A DNA stretch of 64,000 nt from an uncultured Bdellovibrionales bacterium (lineage in GTDB: Bacteria; Patescibacteriota; Minisyncoccia; Moranbacterales; GWC2-37-73). Positions 48,483 to 58,968 of the stretch are shown in pieces. The translations under genes and the position numbers were made by a program. The number at the start of each line of letters is the position of its first letter. Position 1 is the first letter of the stretch. The stretch covers positions 14,337 through 78,336 of the forward strand of contig CAZAFB010000006.1 of the NCBI GenBank assembly GCA_964484505.1, in the 5' to 3' direction. The notes under the pieces are model-generated. The model was not told the DNA's origin. It made no database searches and saw nothing but the letters and a program-made list of their open reading frames with translations.

Positions 48483-50312
48483 ATGCAAAGAATCAAGAAA
48501 TTCGCGCCGTATATTGTAGGTGCAATCCTGACGGCCTTTATTGCCATTTCCCTGGTTGTATCCCGTCAAGAATCGACGACCATGGATGAACAAGCACACA
48601 TCCCCTCGGGATATAGCTACGTCAAATATCACGACATGCGACTTAACCCAGAACACCCGCCATTGCTAAAAGACTTGGCAGGAATACCCTTGCAATTTCT
48701 CGACGTTAATTTCCCGACAGACGATCCTCAATGGACCGAAGGCGTGAATGCCCAATGGTATATGGGCAACACCTTCCTGCACACCAATGACGCAGATGCA
48801 ATCACTTTTTGGTCTCGTTTCCCAATAATCCTCGTCGGTGCACTGCTTGGTTTCTTTATGTTCCGCTGGACCCGCGAAATGGCCGGAACAGCAGCAGGTC
48901 TGATAGCTCTCACTCTTTATGCTTTCAATCCAAACATTCTGGGTCACAGTCATTATGTGACCACAGACATTGGAATCGCAGCCTTTATTTTCATTTCGTT
49001 CTATTATTTCGTCCACTTCGTCAAGCGCCCTTCTTGGAAAAACACCCTTCTTGCTGGAATCTTTTTGGGAATTGCCCAGTTGACAAAATTTTCGGCAGTC
49101 ATGCTATTTCCAATGTTCGGCTTGATAATCACTATCTATGCTTTCGCCCAGAAAAAACCGGACAATGACCCGACTCCGCAATGGAAATATTCCCTAAAGA
49201 AATTTTTTGAATATGTCTTGAAATATGCCGTAGCTGTCGTTATCTGTTTCATCTTAATTTGGGTGCTGTATGTATACAACACCATTTCCATGCCACCTGA
49301 GAAACTTCACGACATTTCCAATTACGTCTTCAGTGATAAGGGAGCTGGAAAATATGCCAAAGCTTTCGTGATCTATACCAGCAACATCCCCGTACTCAAA
49401 CCGCTTAGCGAATATTTCCTGGGAGTGTTCATGGTCTTCATCCGCGTCACCGGAGGAAACACCTTCTACTTCCTTGGGGAAGTTTCCAATCACGCCTCAA
49501 AGGCATATTTCCCTGTCGTTTATCTGATCAAGGAAACTTTGCCAATGCTTTTGCTTTTGCTTTCGGGACTACTCATCACAATTTGGCAATTCGCAAAACA
49601 CGTAGCTGCAGCTCAAGGAAATATCCTGAAAAAAGTATGGTCGGTAATTCTCAACTATCTGAGAACTGGCGTGGCTCAATATTCCATGATCGGTTTCGTC
49701 TTGCTATATGCCTACGTAAGCATTACCGGCAATCTGAATATCGGTTTCAGACATCTTTTCCCAATTTTGCCATTCTTATACCTCCTCTCTGCTAAAAAAA
49801 TATTTGAGTTCCTGCGTTCCCTTTCAACTCCAACCAAAAAAGTAGCCTACGCCGCTTTCGGCGTCATCATGGTATGGGTGATCCTTGAACCTATCATCTT
49901 CTTTCCAAGTTACATGTCTTATTTCAATGAACTTGTAGGTGGTCCCAAAAACGGCTACCAATACGTCACAGATTCAAATGCCGACTGGGGACAAGATCTT
50001 AAGAGACTGCGCAATTGGGTTGCCCAATACGATTCGGAACATCCGGATGCCCCTATTGATAAAATTCGTGTCGATTATTTTGGAGGCTCCAACCCCCAAT
50101 ACTATTTCGGAGACAGATATGTTTCCTGGCATGCCGACCTCGCGCCGGAAGCTGGCTGGTATGCAATCTCCGTCGGATTCCTGCAAGAAAGCACCCACAA
50201 GCAAAAGAATCCGGGTGACATGAGTTATGACTGGATCCTCAATTACACTCCGGTTACCAGAGTCGGTGATTCCATCTTCGTCTACTACATCCCTGAAACT
50301 CCGCAGTTGTAA
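48483..50312 (+). CDS. GT-C fold glycosyltransferase, ArnT/PMT-like (paralogue)
   Basis: TTMDEQAHIPSGYSY...NPEHPPL motif in the first loop. Multi-TM protein. Confidence 0.65.
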   Translation: MQRIKKFAPYIVGAILTAFIAISLVVSRQESTTMDEQAHIPSGYSYVKYHDMRLNPEHPPLLKDLAGIPLQFLDVNFPTDDPQWTEGVNAQWYMGNTFLHTNDADAITFWSRFPIILVGALLGFFMFRWTREMAGTAAGLIALTLYAFNPNILGHSHYVTTDIGIAAFIFISFYYFVHFVKRPSWKNTLLAGIFLGIAQLTKFSAVMLFPMFGLIITIYAFAQKKPDNDPTPQWKYSLKKFFEYVLKYAVAVVICFILIWVLYVYNTISMPPEKLHDISNYVFSDKGAGKYAKAFVIYTSNIPVLKPLSEYFLGVFMVFIRVTGGNTFYFLGEVSNHASKAYFPVVYLIKETLPMLLLLLSGLLITIWQFAKHVAAAQGNILKKVWSVILNYLRTGVAQYSMIGFVLLYAYVSITGNLNIGFRHLFPILPFLYLLSAKKIFEFLRSLSTPTKKVAYAAFGVIMVWVILEPIIFFPSYMSYFNELVGGPKNGYQYVTDSNADWGQDLKRLRNWVAQYDSEHPDAPIDKIRVDYFGGSNPQYYFGDRYVSWHADLAPEAGWYAISVGFLQESTHKQKNPGDMSYDWILNYTPVTRVGDSIFVYYIPETPQL

Positions 50313-50327
50313 CATTCTGCGAAATAA

Positions 50328-50362
50328 AAACAGGCTATCGCAAGATTGCCTGTTTTTTATTA
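50328..50362 (+). terminator. intrinsic terminator
   Basis: aaaaacaggctatcgcaagattgcctgttttttatt. Confidence 0.7.
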
Positions 50363-50425
50363 ATTATCAAACTTATGCTCAAATGACGACCATCATGAAA
50401 TCATAAGTTTTAAATTAGAGCTAGG

Positions 50426-50514
50426 CTATTTTCTTTTTAGGCCGTTTTAGCGAGAGCTAATCTGAGCACTTGTCCATAGTTTTTCGGACAAGTGTGTGCC
50501 TAAAAAGAAAATAG
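50426..50514. mobile_element. 89-bp element with perfect 17-bp terminal inverted repeats (MITE-like, or a large hairpin terminator)
   Basis: ctattttctttttaggc ... gcctaaaaagaaaatag, with a nested 9-bp palindrome cacttgtcc/ggacaagtg. Confidence 0.45.
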
Positions 50515-50529
50515 ATTCAGTTGAACTCA

Positions 50530-51513
50530 TTATTGTTTCTTCTTATTCGCTTTTTCCGTCTTCTGTTTATTTTCCTCTGTTTCTTGCTTTGACGTCTCCT
50601 CTCCTGCAACCATAGATTCACTATCTCCTTGCTCTTCCGGATTTTCACCCTTCAACTTATAGTAGACACGATTTTCAAAACGAAGATCCAAATATTCCAA
50701 TTGCGCTTTAGCGTCAGCACTAAGTTCTTTTTTCATGAATAAAGCCAATGTTTTCATGGTTTCTTCAAGTGGCAACGTCATGGACAATGAAATATTGACT
50801 CCGTCTTTCGTTTTGCAGGAAACTTCTTCTGCCAAAGCCGAAGGTGTGAAGCATTCTCCGGACATATCAAAGGATTGCTCGCCCAAGAGCTTGTGACGAG
50901 CGTTAATAATAAAATCAATGTATTCAGACTTGAGCACTTGCTCGCCCAAATCCACAGGCTTGGCACCAACATTTGTAACCACGATCAGATTGTTCTGAGC
51001 GATTTCCGGTGATTCAAAATCGGCTCCCGTATAAGCATAGCCGTTTTCATCTATGATATAGCAAGGACCTCCGCTGCACCAAACCAAAAGGGAATCCCTC
51101 TCTTTGAGTTTTATCCGCGCCCCGTTGGGAAAAATGCGCTCCACATTGATTTCACTTATTTTGCGGAAATTTTGTTTCAAGATAGTTTCCATTTTTCTTT
51201 CAGGAAAAAGCAATAAATTATTTTTCGGCAAAAAACCGAAATATTTCCCTTCATATATGCCCTTAGAGGAAGATAATATATCTTCACCGGACAAAGTTTC
51301 CACTCCTTCCAAGGAAATACTATTCACTTGCATGTAGGGAGAAAAAAACATCACCCATCCGCAGGCCACAAAAAAAATAGTCACAACAAAAATAAAAACG
51401 ACCCGTGACAAAAGACGAACAGGAATATCTTTTTTTCTGCTTTCCAACCGCACCACCTGACAACCTTCAGGCACTTTCCTTTTTTGTTTTTTCTTTTTTA
51501 TAAACATTTGCAT
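50530..51513 (-). CDS. ftsQ: cell division protein FtsQ/DivIB-like (POTRA domain)
   Basis: Single TM helix, then a POTRA-like segment VNSISLEGVETLSGEDI. Confidence 0.6.
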   Translation of the reverse strand: MQMFIKKKKQKRKVPEGCQVVRLESRKKDIPVRLLSRVVFIFVVTIFFVACGWVMFFSPYMQVNSISLEGVETLSGEDILSSSKGIYEGKYFGFLPKNNLLLFPERKMETILKQNFRKISEINVERIFPNGARIKLKERDSLLVWCSGGPCYIIDENGYAYTGADFESPEIAQNNLIVVTNVGAKPVDLGEQVLKSEYIDFIINARHKLLGEQSFDMSGECFTPSALAEEVSCKTKDGVNISLSMTLPLEETMKTLALFMKKELSADAKAQLEYLDLRFENRVYYKLKGENPEEQGDSESMVAGEETSKQETEENKQKTEKANKKKQ

Positions 51514-51611
51514 ATAAATGCGACTCTAATACGCTAATTTGTCACTCTAATGACCCCAATATTCAAGTCATTCGAGTGTTTATTGGTAAATTGGAGTCGC
51601 CATCGCAGGAT

Positions 51612-52487
51612 TTATAGCCCAAGTAAAAGATTTTCTATCGCCAACCTTGAATTGGCGTTGGTCTTTTCCAATATTTCAATGCAATTAGATATCGCTCCCA
51701 CCTTTTTATTAAATATAGCCACATAAGACCTATCCGCAGAATTGTTAATTTCCTTTTCTGCTATCCAAAGCCAAAGTTGCAAGACAGCTACTGCGCCCGC
51801 CGTGTCTTTAGCTATCTTTTCAGCATAAGCAAGCTTATCACTGATATTCATATTGCCAATCTTTCGGAAAAAAACTTCGCCTTCCTGCATTTTTTCGCAC
51901 AATTCAGTGTCTTCTCCCAATAATTTAGCCATTCCTGGTCTACCCATTGCCAGATTGGCCGTTTCGCTAACTATAATTTCATCATCTCCCGCCAACGAAA
52001 ACTTGACGCTACGCATACGCGAATGCAAAGTTGGCAATATTCTCCCCGGCTGATGTGTCACTAAAATCAATACTGAAGAAGAATTTGGCTCTTCCATAGT
52101 CTTAAGGAGAGCATTCTGCGCTCCGGTCGTCAAACGATGCGCATCTTCGATAATTAGTACTTTTTTCTTGCCCCCATAAGGGTATTGCGCCAAAAGTTCC
52201 TGGGCCTCACGAACTTTTTCCACTGAAATATCCCTTGTTTTTATTATTCCCTTCTTCTCTTCACGCTCTGGTTCAACCAAAACCAAATCCATCGCACATG
52301 TCCCACTGTTTTTCAAAGAGAAATCAAGATTATCTATCCCGCTTATCAAAGAAAGTGCGAAAACCTCAGCCAAAGTTTTTTTGCCCACATGCTCTGGTCC
52401 GGAAAAAAGATAAGCTTGTGCAACATTACCTTCTTGCAAACTCCGCCCCAGAAGATCAACTATTTTTTTATTACCGATAAAAATCAT
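51612..52487 (-). CDS. holB: DNA polymerase III delta' subunit
   Basis: AYLFSGPEHVGKKTLA, LIIEDAHRLT, SRMRSVKF. Confidence 0.8.
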   Translation of the reverse strand: MIFIGNKKIVDLLGRSLQEGNVAQAYLFSGPEHVGKKTLAEVFALSLISGIDNLDFSLKNSGTCAMDLVLVEPEREEKKGIIKTRDISVEKVREAQELLAQYPYGGKKKVLIIEDAHRLTTGAQNALLKTMEEPNSSSVLILVTHQPGRILPTLHSRMRSVKFSLAGDDEIIVSETANLAMGRPGMAKLLGEDTELCEKMQEGEVFFRKIGNMNISDKLAYAEKIAKDTAGAVAVLQLWLWIAEKEINNSADRSYVAIFNKKVGAISNCIEILEKTNANSRLAIENLLLGL

Positions 52488-52614
52488 AAATTCAGAACCA
52501 CTGATTAATACTGATTTTCCTGATTACACATGATTAAGGAATATCAGTGAAATCACTTTAATCATGCCTGCCCCGCTGAAAGTGAAGCTTTTTTGCGGGG
52601 TGATAATCAGTGGT

Positions 52615-53739
52615 TCATACTATTTTTTCAATATATTCACTGATCTCCTTCTCAAACCTTCCTCCCCCAAACTCCCCCGCTCTATTTTTGATAACCTCCC
52701 TATCGTATTTCGATTCTTTCTCCAAAAACCTCCGCACGCCATCTGCCAATACTTCAGGCGTTTGAGCATCGAAAAATTCTCCCGTAACTCCTTCAAGTAC
52801 AGTTTCACAAACACCACCGCCACGATAGGCAATTACCGGCACACCGTGCATCATCGCCTCCACGGGCGTAATGCCAAAATCATCTTCGGCGGGAAAAACA
52901 AACGCGCGAGCATTTGCATACAATTCAGACAGCTCATCATCCTTTTTCCAGCCAAGTATTTTAATATTCTGTTTGGCAATTTTTTGCAGATACTCAAATT
53001 GCTCCCCTTCTCCGACAACAACCAACGGCAATCCCAACTTATTAAACGCCTCCACTACAATATCGATGCGCTTATACGGCGATAACCTGGAAGCCACCAA
53101 AAAATAGTTACCGCCCGACGATTTAATATTTGTTACCTGTTGCATGTTGCCTGTTGTTTTTTGTATAACAGGTGGATAAATTACTCGACTGTCTCGCCTG
53201 TAATATTTTTCAATACGCCTTTGTGTGTATTCCGAATTGGCAATTAAGAAATCAGGACGATCAGCAGCCAAACGATCCCAAACCCGCACATAACTAAGTG
53301 CGATTCTTGCCAAAAAGGAAAGCCTCTTTTGCTTGATCTCCTTTGCATATTTGTCGTTATAGTCCCACACGAAGCGCATTGGGGAATGTAAATATGCAAC
53401 ATGGATCGTGTCCAGCTTGGTCACGATTCCCTTGGTCCAAGCTCCGGAAGAAGAAATAACCACATCAAAGTCACGAAGATCAAATGCCTCCGGCGCAACC
53501 ATAAAAAATGGCAAGAGCCATCTGTGGCGCCTTCGCAAGAAACCGGGAAATTTTTGCAAATAGGAAACCCTCACCCGCTTTGGATCAATCAGGCCACGCA
53601 TTTTTTCCTTGTCGTATAACAACGTATAAATCGGGGCTTCCGGATACATTTCTGAAAGCACCTTCAAAACCCTTTCCGCCCCACCATATTGGCTCAGAAA
53701 ATCATGCACCAAAGCAACTTTTAACTCCTTGTTTTTCAT
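52615..53739 (-). CDS. glycosyltransferase family 4 (GT-B, group 1)
   Basis: C-terminal EDDFGITPVEAMMHGVPVIA motif (the E-X7-E region). Confidence 0.8.
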   Translation of the reverse strand: MKNKELKVALVHDFLSQYGGAERVLKVLSEMYPEAPIYTLLYDKEKMRGLIDPKRVRVSYLQKFPGFLRRRHRWLLPFFMVAPEAFDLRDFDVVISSSGAWTKGIVTKLDTIHVAYLHSPMRFVWDYNDKYAKEIKQKRLSFLARIALSYVRVWDRLAADRPDFLIANSEYTQRRIEKYYRRDSRVIYPPVIQKTTGNMQQVTNIKSSGGNYFLVASRLSPYKRIDIVVEAFNKLGLPLVVVGEGEQFEYLQKIAKQNIKILGWKKDDELSELYANARAFVFPAEDDFGITPVEAMMHGVPVIAYRGGGVCETVLEGVTGEFFDAQTPEVLADGVRRFLEKESKYDREVIKNRAGEFGGGRFEKEISEYIEKIV

Positions 53740-53745
53740 ATATTA

Positions 53746-54606
53746 TTATTCCAACGGACTTTTGATATTTTTCAGATTATTACTTGTGACTTTCGTGTAT
53801 ATTTGGGTCGTTTCCAGCTTTGCATGCCCCAAAAGCTCCTGGATATATCGTATATTAGTACCAGCTTCCAGTAAATGGGTGGCAAAAGAATGACGAAGCG
53901 TATGGCAAGAAACCTTTTTCATTATTTCAGCTTCTTCGGCAGCTTTCTTCACAATCTTCTCGGCACTTTCAGAAGTCAGATGTCCATTGCCTTGCGCCCC
54001 GGTGAACAAATAGTCCGCAGGTTTCTTTAGCAGCATCTGTCTTTTCAAAATAGGTATTAATTTTTCAGATAAAAGCGTGCAGCGATCTTTCTGTCCTTTC
54101 CCGCATCGCACCAGAATAAGGCCTCTATCCAAATCAAAATCACGCATTCGTATCTTGATAACCTCACTCACACGAAGTCCGGCCGAATACATTAGCGAAA
54201 TCAAAAAATGATGCTTGGGATTTGTCGTCACCGCAAGCATTCTTTGGATTTCCTCCTTACTAAGAACGGTCGGTAAATAGTTGGTCTTTTTGGCACATTT
54301 TATGTCAAAAAAGAACTTCCTATTGAGCACTTCCCGATAATAGAATTTCAAGGCATTAAGCGCAACATTTAACGTGGAACTTGCGCAACCTCTGTCTATT
54401 ATCGATTCCAAATATTTTCGAATATCATCATTCGTTACCTCCTTTGGGCTCTTTTTTATAAACTCCAAAAAAAGCCTATTGTAAAGCAAATATGATTCAG
54501 TTGTTCTTCTGCTAAAACCGCGAATCTTTAATTCCCTCTCCAAATTATATACATATTCTCTTTCTTCTGTGGTTTTTCTGCTATTTTTATGATAATATGT
54601 ATTCAT
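53746..54606 (-). CDS. tyrosine site-specific recombinase, XerC/XerD-like
   Basis: R..KGxKDR..HTLRHSFATHLL..GHAKLETTQIYTKV (catalytic Y). There is no IntI-specific insertion. Confidence 0.85.
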   Translation of the reverse strand: MNTYYHKNSRKTTEEREYVYNLERELKIRGFSRRTTESYLLYNRLFLEFIKKSPKEVTNDDIRKYLESIIDRGCASSTLNVALNALKFYYREVLNRKFFFDIKCAKKTNYLPTVLSKEEIQRMLAVTTNPKHHFLISLMYSAGLRVSEVIKIRMRDFDLDRGLILVRCGKGQKDRCTLLSEKLIPILKRQMLLKKPADYLFTGAQGNGHLTSESAEKIVKKAAEEAEIMKKVSCHTLRHSFATHLLEAGTNIRYIQELLGHAKLETTQIYTKVTSNNLKNIKSPLE

Positions 54607-54717
54607 AAGGCGTTATGATTACATCAAAATTATACCATGACACCCAATCTAAGCCAACAATTTAACTAGTAAGCATAAAAGGAGTTATGTGAAATTAATT
54701 TTTCCGCCCAAAAATAC

Positions 54718-55323
54718 ATGAAAGAAGAATTTAAAAAAATTTGGGAAATAGCCCTCCCTTATCAAGACAAACGAGACGATAAAGGTCATGCCAGAATTGT
54801 AACTGAATATGCTATTAAACTATGCGAGACTGAGAGCGTTAACGACATGATTATTGTTCCGGCTGCCATTTTACATGATATAGGCTGGAGTCAGCTTCCC
54901 AAGGAAGATTGGCAAGTTATTTTTGACCCAAACAAAACGCCGGAAATGGAATATGCGGTACGTATAAAGCACCAAGACGAGGGTGTGAAGTTAGCAGAAA
55001 AAATACTTAACGAAGCAGGCTATTCCCCAAATTTTTTTAAACCCATATTGGAAATTATCTCTCAGCACGACACCAGAAAAAAATTTTTTTCAGATGAAGA
55101 CGGTGCTATGCGTGATGCAGACAAGTTGTGGCGTTACTCCAAGACAGGTTTTGAAGCCGACCTTAAGCGAAATAATTTCACGTTCGATTTTCTTTATGAC
55201 AAAATGATGAAGCGGATTGATGAAAAAAATTTTTTCTTCTTCGAGTCAGCCAAGGATATTGCCAAGAACGAGCTTAATGATAGAAAGGAAGAATTTTTGG
55301 GCGGAAAAATTAACATCACATAA
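54718..55323 (+). CDS. HD-domain phosphohydrolase
   Basis: H...HDIG...D motif (AAILHDIGWSQL). Confidence 0.7.
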   Translation: MKEEFKKIWEIALPYQDKRDDKGHARIVTEYAIKLCETESVNDMIIVPAAILHDIGWSQLPKEDWQVIFDPNKTPEMEYAVRIKHQDEGVKLAEKILNEAGYSPNFFKPILEIISQHDTRKKFFSDEDGAMRDADKLWRYSKTGFEADLKRNNFTFDFLYDKMMKRIDEKNFFFFESAKDIAKNELNDRKEEFLGGKINIT

Positions 55324-55383
55324 CGGCTCGTATCAGGTTCCAGAAATTTGCTCAATTATATTTCAAGGAGTACAAATTTCTTC

Positions 55384-55637
55384 CACCCAAATTTTTGCCT
55401 CTCTTTTTCTTTTATATTACACTAAGGAAGAGGGCCAAAAACTTCTGATACAAGCGAACGTTCAGCGCCATCGCTCGCTTCGCTCACTCTGGCACTGAAC
55501 GGGCGCAGCTTGACAGCCTCATTCGTCACTGCCGCATCGCTCCGCTCGCGACAGCGCCGAACTCGGCTTATGCGAAATAATTGTCACCACGCTAAGGCGT
55601 GGCTCCAATTACATCGCATACGCCGCGCCCGTTATGT
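55384..55637 (+). repeat. GC-rich structured intergenic repeat, copy A (~250 bp)
   Basis: The core cgttcagcgccatcgctcgcttcgctcactctggcactgaacgggcgcagc...gcgtggctccaattacatcgcatacgccgcgcccgttat is nearly identical to copies at 60862-61096 and 63213-63466. Confidence 0.85.
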
Positions 55638-55818
55638 GAAATAAAATTCTTTTTCTTTTTTAAATTTGCTTTTTTATAATAAGGAAAAATAAGTTTTTTT
55701 ATCTTTTATAGAGGGGTATAAGGTGTCTTTTTTGCTCCTGGAATCGCAAAAAAGACGATTTTATTTTTATTATAAAATACGCTATAATATATGCAGTTAA
55801 ATCTGCTATTATTAAATT

Positions 55819-57483
55819 ATGCCAAAGCTTAAAGATATCCCAAAATTTGATCGCCCCAGAGAGAAATTTCTGGAAAAAGGGCCTGATGCGCTAACTGATA
55901 GCGAGCTTTTGGCTATTTTGCTTGGTAGCGGAATCAAGGGGACGAATGTAAAGGTATTGTCACAAAAGATTTTAAGGAAATTTGGTGATAATTTGTTAAA
56001 TGTCTCGGTCGATGACTTAATGCAAGTTTCGGGAATCGGACAGGCGAAAGCATTGCAAATTTCATCGGCACTTGCTTTGACGAGAAGGATTTTTAACAAG
56101 CAAAACTCCCTGGATAATTTGATTTTATCTGCGCAAGACGCTGTCGCTCTTGTTTCGGATTTGAAGGATAAAAAGCAAGAACATCTGATTTGCCTTTATC
56201 TCAATGCTCGCAATGCCTTGATAAAAAAAGAGACAATTTCAATTGGCACCCTTGATAAAAGCATTATTCATCCAAGAGAAATTTTCGCCCCAGGACTGGA
56301 AATGCACGCCGCAGGAGTGATACTTGTCCATAATCATCCTTCCGGTGATTCAAGTCCAAGCGAGCAAGATAAACAAGTTGCAAAAAGAATTATTGAAGCA
56401 GGTCAATTGATGGGCGTAAATGTTGTTGATTTTCTGATTGTAGCAAAAAACGGAGTACATAGCATACTTGGTGATCTAAAAAATACCGAGCTGACGAACA
56501 CGGAATATGTCGCAGAAGGATCTCAAGCTTCTCTGTTCGATTTATTGGTAGATGCAAATCAATCATATTTTTATAACAAAAACTCAATGATACAAAAGAA
56601 AAACAATAAATTGAAATTCATAGATTTATTTGCGGGAATTGGCGGTTTTCATATAGCATTTCACAATGCTGGAGCAGAATGTGTCTTCGTGTCCGAGTGG
56701 GACGGACCTGCTCAAAAAACATACAGACACAATCTTTACAAGGTTTCTCCCGAAATGTTTGATTCCGGAAATTTTATCGGAGATATTACGAAAGTTAAAC
56801 CTAAAGATATCCCTGATTTTGATATTTTGACTGCGGGATTTCCTTGTCAGCCATTTTCTCAGGCCGGTTTTAAAAAAGGGTTTAGCGAAACTCGCGGAAC
56901 TTTGTTTTTTGATATTGTAAATATTATAAAAGAAAAAAAACCAAAGGCTTTTTTTCTGGAAAATGTACGTGGCTTATTGAGTCATGACGATGGAAAGACA
57001 TTTAAAACCATAGAAAGAATTATCAAGGAGGAGTTGGGATATTCTTTTTTCCCTCAAGTAGTTAAGGCTTCCGATTTTGGCTTGCCGCAACATCGCCCAC
57101 GTCTTTTTATGGTTGGATTCAAAGATAAAACGATACATTTCAAGTTTCCCGAGCCAGTGAAAGAACTAAAATACACCTTGTCGGATATATTCAACGGAAA
57201 ATGCGATAAAGACATTGGATTTACTTTGCGTGTTGGTGGGCGCGGAAGCAAAATAACCGATCGTAGAAATTGGGATGCTTATCGAGTTAATGGAAAAATT
57301 GTTCAGCTTGGACCGAAAGAAGGATTAAAAATGCAGGGCTTTCCCGATTGGTACGAATTTCCACCGAACTTCTCAAGAGTTCAAGCCATGAAACAACTTG
57401 GCAATTCTGTTGCCGTCCCTGCAATTCAAGCGGTGGCCGAGGAAATTGTTAAAACATTAAAAAAACATGGAAAAAGGAAATAA
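55819..57483 (+). CDS. RadC-like JAB/MPN domain fused to C5-cytosine DNA methyltransferase
   Basis: N-terminus: DSELLAILLGSG...HNHPSG (RadC/UPF0758). C-terminus: FAGIGGF (motif I), GFPCQPFSQAG (motif IV), ENVRGL (motif VI). Confidence 0.8.
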   Translation: MPKLKDIPKFDRPREKFLEKGPDALTDSELLAILLGSGIKGTNVKVLSQKILRKFGDNLLNVSVDDLMQVSGIGQAKALQISSALALTRRIFNKQNSLDNLILSAQDAVALVSDLKDKKQEHLICLYLNARNALIKKETISIGTLDKSIIHPREIFAPGLEMHAAGVILVHNHPSGDSSPSEQDKQVAKRIIEAGQLMGVNVVDFLIVAKNGVHSILGDLKNTELTNTEYVAEGSQASLFDLLVDANQSYFYNKNSMIQKKNNKLKFIDLFAGIGGFHIAFHNAGAECVFVSEWDGPAQKTYRHNLYKVSPEMFDSGNFIGDITKVKPKDIPDFDILTAGFPCQPFSQAGFKKGFSETRGTLFFDIVNIIKEKKPKAFFLENVRGLLSHDDGKTFKTIERIIKEELGYSFFPQVVKASDFGLPQHRPRLFMVGFKDKTIHFKFPEPVKELKYTLSDIFNGKCDKDIGFTLRVGGRGSKITDRRNWDAYRVNGKIVQLGPKEGLKMQGFPDWYEFPPNFSRVQAMKQLGNSVAVPAIQAVAEEIVKTLKKHGKRK

Positions 57484-58555
57484 TAAAGGAGAATGGTCGG
57501 AATTTTACGCTTTCCTAAAAATATTAGATGAAAGAAAAATTTTTGCCGCTGATAAAAATCTCGAAATAATTGACGGGAAATTTTTTGTTTTTCATAAAAT
57601 TATCAGGGAGGAAAAAGATGAATCGACTAAAATTTACGATATTTCCCAGTCGGCAACTCAAGTCTTGATAACCGATGAGGATGGTAGGCTATTGAAAGAG
57701 TTTAAAACCGATTCACTCAAGGAAAAAACTTTAAAAATATTTGAAAGAATAAAAAACGAAAAAAGTCGTTCTTTCAATATTCCCGAAGCGCAAGAGTTGA
57801 TGAAAGAATTGCTTTGCACAAAAGTCAAAGCCAGCAATGCAAAAAAAGCCGATTTAGTGGCGATTATTTACGATAGAATTTCAAAAACAATGCCAATGCT
57901 CGGTTTTTCCATAAAGTCCATGGTCGGTGGTGCCTCCACATTGTTGAATCCCGGGCAAACAACAAATTTCATTTATGAAATTAAAGGATTCAGTGGGAAT
58001 GTTTCAGAAGTTAATGCAATTCAAACAAAAGCTCAAATTCGCGACCGTGTAAGAAAAATTGCGGAGCAAGGCGGAACTTTTGAATACATGGGTGTTTCAA
58101 ATGAACAATTTGGATTCAATATGAAAATGATTGACACAGTGTTGCCTGAATTTATAGCCCAAATGCTTTTGGACTTTTTTTCAAACTCACACAGAACGGT
58201 TGCTGATTTGACAAAAGAGCTGTCCGAGAATGAGAATATCAATAAAAAATTTGGTTTATCGCTGACAAATTATGAATACAAAATTAAAAACTTTCTGGAT
58301 GCGGTTGCGCTCGGAATGGTGCCAAGTAAACCATGGGACGGATTTTCAAAGGCACACGGAGGTTATATTGTGGTAAAAGAAAACGGCGATGTTGTTTGCT
58401 ATCACTTGTATAACAGAGATGAGTTTCGTTCCTATTTATATGAAAATACCAGATTTGATGCACCAAGCACGACCAGGTATGGCTATGGTGAATTATATGA
58501 AGAAAATGGCAAACTGTTTTTTAAATTGAATTTGCAAATCAGGTTTTTGAAATAA
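57467..58555 (+). CDS. type II restriction endonuclease (HpaII-like family, tentative)
   Basis: Position between the m5C MTase and vsr. N-terminus NKGEWSEFYAFLKIL resembles the HpaII REase family. Confidence 0.5.
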   Translation: MEKGNNKGEWSEFYAFLKILDERKIFAADKNLEIIDGKFFVFHKIIREEKDESTKIYDISQSATQVLITDEDGRLLKEFKTDSLKEKTLKIFERIKNEKSRSFNIPEAQELMKELLCTKVKASNAKKADLVAIIYDRISKTMPMLGFSIKSMVGGASTLLNPGQTTNFIYEIKGFSGNVSEVNAIQTKAQIRDRVRKIAEQGGTFEYMGVSNEQFGFNMKMIDTVLPEFIAQMLLDFFSNSHRTVADLTKELSENENINKKFGLSLTNYEYKIKNFLDAVALGMVPSKPWDGFSKAHGGYIVVKENGDVVCYHLYNRDEFRSYLYENTRFDAPSTTRYGYGELYEENGKLFFKLNLQIRFLK

Positions 58556-58562
58556 AACGGGT

Positions 58563-58967
58563 ATGGCTGATATTTTTTCCAAAAAGAAGCGCAGTGAGAT
58601 AATGTCAAAAGTTAGAAGTAAAGACAGTAAGATAGAAGTTGAATTTCGGAAAAAATTGTGGAAAGCGGGATTCCGTTATCGTAAAAACTCAACAAAATAT
58701 TTCGGCAAGCCTGACATTGTTTTGCCGAAATACAAAACCGTAATTTTCATAGATTCTTGTTTTTGGCACGGATGCAAAAAACACAGCTCAATACCCAAAA
58801 CTCGAAAAAAATTTTGGGAAACAAAAATTGAACGCAATAGAGAAAGGGACCAGGAGGTTAGTAAATATTACAAAAAACAGGGTTGGAATATATTTAGAAT
58901 TTGGGAACATAATTTGAAAAATGATTCAGAAAAGGTTTTGAATATAATTTTAGAAAAAATTATTTAG
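58563..58967 (+). CDS. vsr: very-short-patch-repair endonuclease
   Basis: FIDSCFWHGC motif. Confidence 0.85.
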   Translation: MADIFSKKKRSEIMSKVRSKDSKIEVEFRKKLWKAGFRYRKNSTKYFGKPDIVLPKYKTVIFIDSCFWHGCKKHSSIPKTRKKFWETKIERNRERDQEVSKYYKKQGWNIFRIWEHNLKNDSEKVLNIILEKII

Positions 58968-58968
58968 C

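Noticed and set aside
53746-54606. Calling the recombinase a bona fide integron integrase (IntI).
   Set aside because: It has IntI-like local motifs (VRCGKGQKDR, HTLRHSFA) but lacks the ~20-30-aa IntI-specific insertion. It is annotated as Xer-like and the integron analogy is kept as a hypothesis only.
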